A DNA stretch of 64,000 bases from the NCBI GenBank assembly GCA_963728565.1, contig CAVSLC010000013.1, positions 224,001 through 288,000 on the forward strand, given 5' to 3'. Shown piece by piece: positions 42,392 to 51,249 of this stretch; position 1 is the first letter of the stretch; each line of letters begins with the position of its first letter. The position numbers and the translations under genes are program-made. The notes beneath the pieces are model-generated. The model was not told the DNA's origin. It saw only the letters and a list, made by a program, of their open reading frames with translations, and did no database searches. This DNA is from an uncultured delta proteobacterium. Its GTDB lineage: Bacteria; Desulfobacterota; Binatia; UBA9968.

Positions 42392-43732
42392 TTACCCGCT
42401 CACCGCCATATTCGGGGTAAATAGCGTCGGTCCCGTGACTTCGGATTCCAGCGCTTTCAACGCGGTCTGAACGATCTCGCGCCGCAGCCGCGCATCGAGA
42501 TCTTGCGGCAGGCTCGGATCGCCGCAAGGATGAGGTATGCTGACGCCTTTAACGATCCGGTTGGCCCGTACCTGCTCCGCCACCGGATACATCGCGCTTA
42601 CCAAGGCTACCGGAAGTCCCGCCTTCTCGAGTTCTTTGCTCATCACAGCGCCGCTGCGACTACAAGTCCCTCACGTGGCGACAAAGAGCACGCCCTCGAC
42701 ATTGTCCTTCTTCAGATCGGCGGCAATTTCCTGGCCGACGCGGCGCATCACCGCGGGGGAGCCCTGATTGCCTGGAATAACGTAATACGCCGGATACAGT
42801 TTGCCGGCGCCGATCACCCCTTCCGATTCTAACGACCGAAGCGCATCCAGCGGCACGCCATAGTGCGGATTCTTGTTCATGTAGGCGACATTATAGCCGC
42901 CGTGAACAGCTTCCCATTTTCCCGGTTCAAGCTCTTTGAGCTCGGCAATGTTGTATTTACGCCAGTGGGTGTTGCGGTAGGTTTTGAACCGATCCGGATT
43001 GCCCCAGGGAACGACGCCGCTGGTGGTGATGACGGCAATGTTGCGGGCTTTTAAATTATCGAGAGGCGGAGCCGGCGCGATATCGTCCCAGGCCTCCATC
43101 GGCACTTCAGTAGTGAAGGGCTCATGATTGATCTTTTTCAGCAACATATCGATGGCGCGATCGGCGCCGCTCCGATCAGTTTTTTCCAAACGCCGGATAC
43201 CGCGGCTCAAGTAACCTTCCTGCAACGCCGGCCCGATGGTCTCGCCTCGAGCCAGGCGAGAGACAAATTTCGCCACCGCCTTGAGCGCATCGGTCATGCC
43301 GGCGGCGGTCTCTGTTGTCGGTAAACAGAAAACCCGAGGATCGGCCAGGTCGCGATAAGTGCCGATGGCTGGATTTTCTTCGTGCATTGCGGTGACGCAG
43401 GGAATTTCCAATGTCGTGGCAACGGCGTGACAAATCTCGATGCAGCTCATGCCGTAACGTCCGGAATTAAACGCCGGACCGGCGACTAGCGCTTGCGCTC
43501 CCTGAGAGCGAACCGCTTCGAGGATTGCCTTGAGGGCTTCCTCACTATGATCGTGAAAGTAGTTGTCCCCATAATAGATCGTGCATGCGACCTTGGTGTC
43601 AGCGCCGAGCTGTGACTGCAGCCCGCGCGCCGCGCCGGCGGCCTCTTCGATCATGCCGACAGACATGCCCGCCTTCTCTTCGCCTCCAAACCCGGCAAAG
43701 AACTGATTAACGACATGGACGATTGTGGTCAT
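42392..43732 (-). CDS. grdB: Glycine/betaine reductase-type selenoprotein B (446 aa, Sec at UGA 42671-42673)
   Basis: VHVVNQFFAGFGGEEKA, AGPAFNSGRYG, TTSGVVPWGNPD, HGGY, then VAT-U-GTCSRSGAVMSKELEKAG...IPHPCGDP; ORFs 42671-43732 and 42392-42646 are in the same frame. Confidence 0.95.
42642..42660 (-). promoter_or_regulatory. SECIS-like hairpin of grdB
   Basis: GUCGCAGC-GGC-GCUGUGAU 8-bp stem (two G-U pairs) starting 10 nt after the UGA. Confidence 0.7.
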
Positions 43733-43857
43733 CAGGAAATCCTCCTTTGCAACGACCCGTTAAATAGAAGCACCCTATCATCTTTCGCGTATTCATCGAT
43801 AGCCGCGGCCGCGGCCGAAAGGCTGGCTCCTTCGCTCCAGTTACGGGATTATCTCTT

Positions 43858-43987
43858 GCAAGATGCTCAAAAAGACCTCAAAGGCAAGGCGCGCGAAGTT
43901 CGATGAGCTGAGGCGTACGCTTCAGTACGTTGAAGCGAGTCGTGCGAGCGCAACGACGCGTATGAGTCTTTTTCAGCATCTTGCTAG
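43858..43987. repeat. ~130-bp structured repeat (MITE-like), copy 2
   Basis: GCAAGATGCTCAAAAAGACCTCA / TGAGTCTTTTTCAGCATCTTGC; near-identical to copy 1; ends in CTAG. Confidence 0.85.
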
Positions 43988-45291
43988 TAATCCCTGCATA
44001 CCCATCCCTGCTCGCCCCAAATATCGGCTCCACCGATGATCACATCCCTTCCCTCCAGCGACAGAGCACCGCGGGCTGGACTCGCAGGCACGCCCGGATA
44101 GGATAATACTTTGATCTCGTCGTACGGACCGAGTACTTTGTCCATCGCCGGGAGCTCGACGCCGCGATCCAAGCTGCCGGTCGTGACCACGCCATCGGCT
44201 TCCGGCAAATAGAAAAGCAGCGGGCTATCGCGGCCTTCCTTGCCGCCATGTTCATAGGTCACCAACACCGTTTTGATTCCATTACGCTCGCACGCCTGCA
44301 CCGTCAGCATGACATCGACGAAAGCATTGCCGCCGCCGATCCAGGTCAGCAGCGCTCCGTCGGCGCGAAACATTTTCGCCAGCCGCGCAGCATTCTGCGC
44401 GCCGACTTCTTTCCCGTGCGCAGTCTCGAAACGGATGCGCTGCAAAATCACGCCGGCAAAGTTGAGATCTCTTCCATGGGCTTCGTACAGGCGCAGCACC
44501 AGCGGATGATTCTGCCAGTCCCACGTAGTTGGATAGTATCCGCGGCCTGAACGAGTGGTGTCCACGGTGATCGCGCCGTCAAAGAGCTCATTGGGATGGA
44601 GGAAGGTCGCCATCGATTGGCGCAGCGACAGGCCATAGTAGCCAACTCCCGAGTGAACATGCTGCGGATCGGTAATACAGCCTTGGACCAGCATCACTCT
44701 GGGCAAGCCGGGAGTTTCCGCGCTCAGATCGAAGCGGCGAACCGATTCAGGCGAGAGTCCAACCGTTACTTGCGCCAGCCGTCGGGCGACTTTGTATTCG
44801 GCCAATTGAATCGCGGTATGCGCATCCAATTCTCCCAGGCCAGAGGCGAGGCGAAAGCTCACCACCAGATGCGCGTGCGCGCTGAAGCGCGAGATCTCTG
44901 CTGCGGCTCCCGTCATATCTAAAATGGCGCTGCGCTGCACGGTGGTGCCGGCGCGGATGGTGCCTTCGTACGCTGCCGCCGCAATCACCGTCATTCCTGA
45001 AAGCCGGTGCGTCGTCCCCTCTCCCACATCGGCCACCGGCCCGAGAACGCCAGGAAAGACCTGGCCGTTTCCCGAAACCTTATAGCGCGGCTCGACGATA
45101 TCGCGAATGCCGGTGATGCGGGTTTTCTCCCCGGGCATGGCCGCGGTGAGCGAAACGTTAGTAATGCGCGGATCCTGGAGCACCAGATCCACCAGTTCGG
45201 CTTCGTCCATATCCAATGTGCCGTTCCGGTAGGCGAAACGCCCTCCCAGGCGTAAATGCTTGACCGGAAATTCGGCGACATCGAGTTTCAT
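43984..45291 (-). CDS. GrdE/GrdI-like component B subunit, paralogue 2
   Basis: IRDIVEPRYKV, HPNELFDGAI, WDWQNHP, GGGNAFVDV. Confidence 0.9.
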   Translation of the reverse strand: MKLDVAEFPVKHLRLGGRFAYRNGTLDMDEAELVDLVLQDPRITNVSLTAAMPGEKTRITGIRDIVEPRYKVSGNGQVFPGVLGPVADVGEGTTHRLSGMTVIAAAAYEGTIRAGTTVQRSAILDMTGAAAEISRFSAHAHLVVSFRLASGLGELDAHTAIQLAEYKVARRLAQVTVGLSPESVRRFDLSAETPGLPRVMLVQGCITDPQHVHSGVGYYGLSLRQSMATFLHPNELFDGAITVDTTRSGRGYYPTTWDWQNHPLVLRLYEAHGRDLNFAGVILQRIRFETAHGKEVGAQNAARLAKMFRADGALLTWIGGGNAFVDVMLTVQACERNGIKTVLVTYEHGGKEGRDSPLLFYLPEADGVVTTGSLDRGVELPAMDKVLGPYDEIKVLSYPGVPASPARGALSLEGRDVIIGGADIWGEQGWVCRDY

Positions 45292-45322
45292 AATCTAGCG
45301 TGAATAGTTCACCAACGAAAGA

Positions 45323-45501
45323 CGATCAAGGGGCGAACCCTCCGGAACGAAGGCGATGGGCCTTTGCCTTGAGGCGGCCTGCGAACTGAAGTTCGGGAGC
45401 AAGCGCCTGGGAAATAATTTGACTTCACCGCCAAACACCATAAAATTATTTGAAGCTGTTCAGCTCCGCGCCTTCGCTCCTCCGAATTCTCCCCTTGATC
45501 G
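45323..45501. repeat. Long intergenic foldback
   Basis: CGATCAAGGGG / CCCCTTGATCG, CGAAGGCG / CGCCTTCG, AAATAATTT / AAATTATTT inverted pairs. Confidence 0.6.
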
Positions 45502-45529
45502 ACACCCTTGTCGTGAGCGTACCAGCCCC

Positions 45530-46603
45530 CTATCGCGCACCGACTAGCTTGGCAAATTCTTCGACGTAGGCTTTGAGATTAGGCCCGAGCTTGGGAGTTA
45601 CCACGTAGTCAGGCTGGAGTTGAAATTCCTGGAATTTGCTGCGCACTCCCTTCATCGCAACCCCTTTCCCGAGTTTGCCTGCCAACACTGTTTGCCCCTC
45701 TTCCGATAGTACCCAATCGGCGAAAAGCAATGCCGCATGCGGGTGCGGCGAGTTCCTGGCGAGAAACAGGCCCTCGGGCTTTACGATCTTCGGCGCCAAT
45801 ACTTTGAATCCCAACGGCGCTCCCTTGTCGCGGATGGCCGCGGAGGTTTCGCCATTGATAGCGATGCCGATGGGATACTCGCCTGAACTCACCACCTGAG
45901 TGGTCAAAGCGCCGCCGCGCCTGAAGCTGAGATCCTGCTTGCGCAGCTTCGTCAGATAGTCCACCGATTTCTCCCGTCCCCATGCCTGCTCCATCGCTGC
46001 CAGAATGTAGCCGGCTTCAGGGTCGAACAGCAGTTTGCCTTTCCACGACGGATCGAGAAGCGCGTCATAAGTTTGCGGCACCGACTCGGCCTTGACCAAA
46101 GTTGTGTTGTAAACCAACGCGGTGGTCAAATAATACATGCTATGCCACGAGCCGCTCGGATCGTAGGTGCCATCATAGAATCGCTCCCGAGCGGCCATGG
46201 CGTAAGAATGGACTAAATTGTCATTGATAAGCTGGTAGCCGTAGCTCGAATCGACCTGGATCGCGTCCACGGCATGGCTGCCGGCGCGCGCCTCGGTGAG
46301 CGAGCGGTTAAGGATTCCCTCGCGTGGCGCGTAGTAGTGTTTTAGATTCAAGAATGGATAGCGCGCATTGAAAGCCTTGCCGAGTTCGCTAAATTCATTG
46401 ACCAAAATAGTTCCGTAATAAACCAGCTCGCCTTCCTTTTGAGCTCCCTTGACGAGAAAATTTTGTTTGTCCTGAGGATTTAGCATGCTGACTTTCGCCG
46501 TCACCTCTGACATAGTCGCTGCGCCGCTAGTGTCTGCCATAAGAATGAACAGTAATGATTGGCATAGCGTTAAAACTCCGAGGCCCTTTATCATTTTACG
46601 CAC
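45530..46603 (-). CDS. ABC substrate-binding protein, Fe3+/thiamine-like family
   Basis: GAQKEGELVYY, YNTTLV, LLDPSWKGK, SPHPHAALLFADW. Confidence 0.87.
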   Translation of the reverse strand: MRKMIKGLGVLTLCQSLLFILMADTSGAATMSEVTAKVSMLNPQDKQNFLVKGAQKEGELVYYGTILVNEFSELGKAFNARYPFLNLKHYYAPREGILNRSLTEARAGSHAVDAIQVDSSYGYQLINDNLVHSYAMAARERFYDGTYDPSGSWHSMYYLTTALVYNTTLVKAESVPQTYDALLDPSWKGKLLFDPEAGYILAAMEQAWGREKSVDYLTKLRKQDLSFRRGGALTTQVVSSGEYPIGIAINGETSAAIRDKGAPLGFKVLAPKIVKPEGLFLARNSPHPHAALLFADWVLSEEGQTVLAGKLGKGVAMKGVRSKFQEFQLQPDYVVTPKLGPNLKAYVEEFAKLVGAR

Positions 46604-46745
46604 CGTCGTACCTGCCTTTCACTCGCCTAATATCATCGAACCAGTATCATTCAAATTGATTCTTAGATGCTTCAACCAAATCCGCAGGAATGGATACTGT
46701 TTGCTCCCCGCTTGATGCTTGCGTCGGTTGAACTGCAGTAAGCGA

Positions 46746-48050
46746 TCAGTAAGCATCGCATCGCCAGCTTTGACTTCCCCAATTATCGACGCCGCCGATC
46801 AACATGTCGCGCGCATCCAGGGTTATTTCTCCCATCGCTGGCACAACCGGCGCTCCGGGGTAAGTCAAAATCGAAAATTCCTTATACGGTCCGACCACAC
46901 GCTCGGGCGCGGGAAGTTCGAGCCAACGATCTCTACTGCCACTGCTGACTACCGCATCGGCCTGCGGCAGGTAATAAAGCAACGGTGAATCGACACCGTC
47001 CTTGCCACCGAACTCGTAGGTGATCAGCACGGTTTTGATGCCGCGCTGTTCGCAAGCACCAATGGTCAGCATCAATTCAACGAATGCATTGCCGGAACCA
47101 ATCCACGCAACCAGCGCGCCGGCGGCCCCGAGAGTCGCTGCCAGCTGAGACGCGCTATGCGCCGCCACCTCTTTCCCCAGGAAAGTGTCGAACTGAATGC
47201 GTTCGAGGATCACGCCGAGAAAATTAATCTGCTTGCCGTGCTGGCGGCACAATCCGAGCGCCAGCGGATGATTTTGCCAGTCCCAAGTAATCGGGAAATG
47301 GCCGACCGCTCGAGTGGCGGTCACGGTAATCGCGCCGTCGAGCAGTTCGTTGGGGTGCACAAACGTCGCCAGTGAATCGCGAATCGGCAAGCCGTAGTAG
47401 CTCACGCCGGAGTGAACGTTATGGCTATCCGTGAGACAACCTTGAATCAACACGACCGCGGGCAAGTCCGGCCGCGTAGCGCTTAAATCGAAGGCTTCGG
47501 TGCTTTCGGGGTTGTGGCTGACGGTGAGTTCGGCAAGTCGCCGCGCTACCTTCAGCTCCGCGCCTTGAATCGCCTGATGCGCGTCGAGATCGGACAGCGC
47601 TTCTTTAAGGCGCATCACCAGCACCAGCCCGAGCAGCGAACTAAACCGCGAAGCATCCGCGCCCGGTCCCCACATATCCAGGAGCGCGCTTCGCTGCACC
47701 GCCAGACCGGCGCGGACCGTCCCCTCGTAGGCAGCGCTGGCTATCACCGCCATTCCGGAGAGACGATGGGTTGTGCCCTCACCGACATGGTCTACCGGAC
47801 TTAACGTACCCGGAAACACCTGAGTTTGGCAGCCCACTTTCACCCGTGGCTCGACGATATCGCGGATCCCTGTCACCCGGACTTTCTCGCCCGGATGAAC
47901 CACCGCCAGGGATGCATCTTCGATGCGTCGGTCCTCCAACATTAGATCCGTCAAGGCTCGCTGATCCACTTCCACAATCCCGCGGTCATAATGAAACCTT
48001 TTTCCTAGGTGAATCTGCTTTACCGGAAATTCGGCGAGATCTAGCCGCAT
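46746..48050 (-). CDS. GrdE/GrdI-like component B subunit, paralogue 3
   Basis: MRLDLAEFPVK, IRDIVEPRVKV, HPNELLDGAI, WDWQNHP, GSGNAFVEL. Confidence 0.9.
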   Translation of the reverse strand: MRLDLAEFPVKQIHLGKRFHYDRGIVEVDQRALTDLMLEDRRIEDASLAVVHPGEKVRVTGIRDIVEPRVKVGCQTQVFPGTLSPVDHVGEGTTHRLSGMAVIASAAYEGTVRAGLAVQRSALLDMWGPGADASRFSSLLGLVLVMRLKEALSDLDAHQAIQGAELKVARRLAELTVSHNPESTEAFDLSATRPDLPAVVLIQGCLTDSHNVHSGVSYYGLPIRDSLATFVHPNELLDGAITVTATRAVGHFPITWDWQNHPLALGLCRQHGKQINFLGVILERIQFDTFLGKEVAAHSASQLAATLGAAGALVAWIGSGNAFVELMLTIGACEQRGIKTVLITYEFGGKDGVDSPLLYYLPQADAVVSSGSRDRWLELPAPERVVGPYKEFSILTYPGAPVVPAMGEITLDARDMLIGGVDNWGSQSWRCDAY

Positions 48051-48054
48051 CGGT

Positions 48055-49041
48055 TTACCGCGAACGTTCAAAGGCACCTTCTTTCTCTAGCTTGCGGACG
48101 AGCCGATCGTCGACCAAGTCTTCGGCTTTGAGCTGGCGAATTTTCTCGTTGCTGGTTCCGAGCAGGCGGATGGCATTGCGGATGCCGTCGGCGTTTGGAT
48201 AAATGCGCCGCTCATAAAGCGTCCGCATGAGCTCATAGCCTTCTTCCGCATCCTCGAATCGCGCCAAACGCAGTCCTTTATGGAGACTGGTCATGACGCT
48301 GGTCTTGTTTTCCGGCTTCTCGATGTATGCCGTAGCCTGGGTCATGGCTCGAAGCACCTTTTCAACCGTTTCCGGTGACGATTTGAGAAAGCTCCGCCGC
48401 ACGAAGACGCCGGTGCTTTGATAGGGAATCTTCAAGCTGGCAAGATCGGCGAGCACATTGAATCCCTGACGCTTCATGAGCGCTCCGAAGGTATAGCCCA
48501 AGTAAGTACCCTCGATCAGGTTGGTGGCCAGCGCCTGGGCTAGAACCGCTTCATCGCCGACGATTCTGAAGTTGACTCCATCACGTTTGGGCTCGATGCC
48601 CCAGTGATCCAACACCAGCATGGTAATCATCCAGATGCCGCCGCCGATGCTTTGGACGCCGATGTTCCGGCCTTTCAACTGTGCGGGAGTTTTGATCTGC
48701 GGATGAACGACGAACGTACCGGTAAGCCGATTGACCAATCCGGCAACGAATACACCGTCCAAGCCGCCGGCCACCGCGCCAAGCGTAACGCCCGTGCCGG
48801 AACCGAAATAAAATTGCGACTCACCTGCGGCTAACGCCGAAAGCGCAACGTTCCCCGCGCGGACATACACAAGGCGCGCGTCCAGATCCTGTTTGCGGAA
48901 AAACCCCTGGTCCTGAGCAACGAGAAGAGCGCCCGCGGTCCGTTCATTGAAACTGGCGTATGAAATCACCGTCTGCGTAGCCGCTTGGACGTATGAAGCT
49001 ATAAGTAGCAGCGCAAGGGTGAAACTTATTCGAAGACGCAT
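48055..49041 (-). CDS. ABC substrate-binding protein, NMT1/SsuA-like
   Basis: Signal peptide; VAQDQGFFRK, LKGRNIGV; only 4 nt from grdE paralogue 3. Confidence 0.87.
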   Translation of the reverse strand: MRLRISFTLALLLIASYVQAATQTVISYASFNERTAGALLVAQDQGFFRKQDLDARLVYVRAGNVALSALAAGESQFYFGSGTGVTLGAVAGGLDGVFVAGLVNRLTGTFVVHPQIKTPAQLKGRNIGVQSIGGGIWMITMLVLDHWGIEPKRDGVNFRIVGDEAVLAQALATNLIEGTYLGYTFGALMKRQGFNVLADLASLKIPYQSTGVFVRRSFLKSSPETVEKVLRAMTQATAYIEKPENKTSVMTSLHKGLRLARFEDAEEGYELMRTLYERRIYPNADGIRNAIRLLGTSNEKIRQLKAEDLVDDRLVRKLEKEGAFERSR

Positions 49042-49072
49042 GATCAACCTCCAGGTTTCTTATACTACTAGT

Positions 49073-49252
49073 GTTCAAAGGTTCAAACGTTCAACAGTTC
49101 AACGTCGGACACAGTAGCAGGTTCGAACCGTTCCAACGTTAAAACCCAGATTGGGCCGGTGGCTTTCTTCGCTTGAACATCTGGGACAATTGGCGCGTTT
49201 GTAACCTTCAGCAAATCTGTCATTGAACGTTTGAAACTATGAACTGTTGAAC
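49073..49252. repeat. GTTCAA / TTGAAC inverted micro-array element, copy 1
   Basis: GTTCAAAG GTTCAAAC GTTCAACA GTTCAACG on the left; TTGAAC-type units on the right. Confidence 0.7.
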
Positions 49253-49276
49253 GGGACCGCACTGTATGACCTCGGG

Positions 49277-49391
49277 CGAGCAAGAAGGCTCATATGCGAG
49301 TCGCGCGATGGTCGATGAGCGCAGGCGTACATAGTCAGTACGTCGAAGCGAATCGGGCGAGCGCAACGAAGTAGATGAGCCTTATCGCTCG
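49277..49391. repeat. Diverged copy 3 of the ~130-bp structured repeat
   Basis: Shares CGATGAGC..AGGCGTAC..CAGTACGTCGAAGCGA.TCG..CGAGCGCAACGA core; own terminal stem CGAGC..AAGGCTCAT / ATGAGCCTT..GCTCG. Confidence 0.75.
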
Positions 49392-49396
49392 TCCGA

Positions 49397-50842
49397 TCAC
49401 GCCCAGTAGGTGGTGCGGTCAACGGGAATATGCTGCAGAATCTCTACCGGCACATATTCTTCAAGGCGGATTCTGGCGAGAGCCTCTTCCGGACATTGGG
49501 ACACCGGCGAGAACGGCCTGTCGAGCGGGCGGGTGGCGTCGATGATCATTGCCGAGGTTAACCGGGGGCTGTCCAGCGATGGATCGATGAGACTGGCGCG
49601 CATGATTTCGCCAATGATCGAGACTTGGCGGTGGGGCTGAACCCGTGTCGCCAGCGCCCAGAGAATTTCCGTTGGATTGTAAACATCGATATCCTCGTCG
49701 AAGACGAAGACGTTCTTACACCAATCCCATGTCAAAACCGCGGCGGCCGCACGACCGGGATCTCCTTCGGACATTTTTTTCATTGAGATAAACACATTCA
49801 ACAGCGCATGACGGCCGCTGGTACACACAGCTTGAACGTTGGGCACCGCTTCGCGGCATCGGCGCAGATACGCGCCTTCGCGCGCCAGGTCCATCCACGG
49901 CTTGTCGCCCTCGGGCGTGAGAATCGACATGTGCATCGCGTCCCGCCGGCGCGTAATCGCCCGCACTTCGTAACAAGCCGATTGCTGAAACCCCTGCATG
50001 CCCAGATAGCCGTTCACCTCGCCGAACGGACCTTCGACCATGCGCTTTCCCGGCAGCAACGCGCCTTCAATGACTACTTCGGCATCAGCAGGAACGAGTA
50101 GACGCTCACCCCATGTTTCCGACGCCGTCAAGCGTAGCGGCTCCTGCAAATAGCCGCCGATAATTTCATACTCGCTGATCTCGAACGGACCGCCATAGCA
50201 GGCGCCCATTTGATAGCCGGGATGATGGCCGATCACCGTGGCTACCGGGCATTCTTCGGCGGCTTCTTCGTAGCCGCGGAAAATGCGCCACATATGCTGC
50301 AAGGTCATCAGGAAGCCGGTATGGTTTCGATCCTTGACTTCCATCCTATGATACGAAGCGTTATAGACGCCGCTGTTGCGATCCCGAGCAACGCTCGACA
50401 TATCGATATAAGGCCCGCCATCCATCTCGTGATGGCGCATCAACGGCAACTGGTAAAGATCTACCTCGTCGCCGTTCTGAATGACTTCTTTAACCGGCGC
50501 CGCATCCCGATCGACGAGAATGGGCGCGATTCTTCCTGCTTCGCGGCGCAGGATCTCGCGCGCCATCTCCGCGCGATCCATCTCCTTGGGCACACCCAAG
50601 GCCACCTGCACTTTCTTCTGAGTGTTTTCCGTGCCGATCACGAGTTTGATGCCGCTTGACTGTCCATGCGCGTTGAGTGGCTGTTGGAACAGCAAAACGG
50701 GAAATCTCTTGAGCGCGCCGAGCTGTTTGACGATCGCAGTCACATCGTAAGCAAGCGGATCGACGGCCTTTGAAATCGTCACGATTTCATTGGGATAAAT
50801 CCGGCGCATATCGTCGAGGAAAGTGCGTAAGGATTTTGCCAT
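49397..50842 (-). CDS. UbiD-family (prFMN-dependent) decarboxylase
   Basis: DGGPYI, YNASYHR, VPADAEVVIEG, EGPFGE, FDEDIDV, WALATR, IIDAT. Confidence 0.92.
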   Translation of the reverse strand: MAKSLRTFLDDMRRIYPNEIVTISKAVDPLAYDVTAIVKQLGALKRFPVLLFQQPLNAHGQSSGIKLVIGTENTQKKVQVALGVPKEMDRAEMAREILRREAGRIAPILVDRDAAPVKEVIQNGDEVDLYQLPLMRHHEMDGGPYIDMSSVARDRNSGVYNASYHRMEVKDRNHTGFLMTLQHMWRIFRGYEEAAEECPVATVIGHHPGYQMGACYGGPFEISEYEIIGGYLQEPLRLTASETWGERLLVPADAEVVIEGALLPGKRMVEGPFGEVNGYLGMQGFQQSACYEVRAITRRRDAMHMSILTPEGDKPWMDLAREGAYLRRCREAVPNVQAVCTSGRHALLNVFISMKKMSEGDPGRAAAAVLTWDWCKNVFVFDEDIDVYNPTEILWALATRVQPHRQVSIIGEIMRASLIDPSLDSPRLTSAMIIDATRPLDRPFSPVSQCPEEALARIRLEEYVPVEILQHIPVDRTTYWA

Positions 50843-50860
50843 GGAATTGATTTCCCCTCA

Positions 50861-51130
50861 TGTACGACCGATTCATGAATCGCCCGTACGGACGATGCAA
50901 TTGCGGTCGAATTTTCCGCTCAAATTCCCATTGAGCTGGATTATCGGTAATGCATGGTCCGGTCCGTTTCACGATTCATCATCACGAACAACCTGGTCAT
51001 GCTAAACCCGGATTCCGCAGTCGAACTAAAAATCCCGGAAAACATCCCGCTCGAAGCACCGCTGAGCGATGTCTGCTCAGAGGTAGAAACCCATCGACTT
51101 CGCTGCGGAAGGATTGTGCCTCGCGCTTTC
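50861..51130 (-). mobile_element. Degenerate REP-associated tyrosine transposase (RAYT) remnant with a REP-like palindrome
   Basis: GTACGACCGATTCATGAATCGCCCGTAC palindrome at ~50862-50889; minus-strand fragments HDQVVRDDES and ITDNPAQWE resemble the RAYT C-terminus (HDHIIR...YIxxNPxxW). Confidence 0.6.
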
Positions 51131-51249
51131 TGTCAATCGCAACTGCGCAATCCGGGATAATGGGCGCGCACGCGACCTTGGGGATCTTCCGACTCCGAGG
51201 CGCGCCAACTCGTGCGCAAAACGTCGCAAATCTTTACAACATTCCGGTG

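Noticed and set aside
42392-43732. grdB (and likewise grdA) as nonsense pseudogenes
   Set aside because: The TGA codons fall exactly at the conserved Sec positions, the frames continue with conserved sequence, and hairpins follow.
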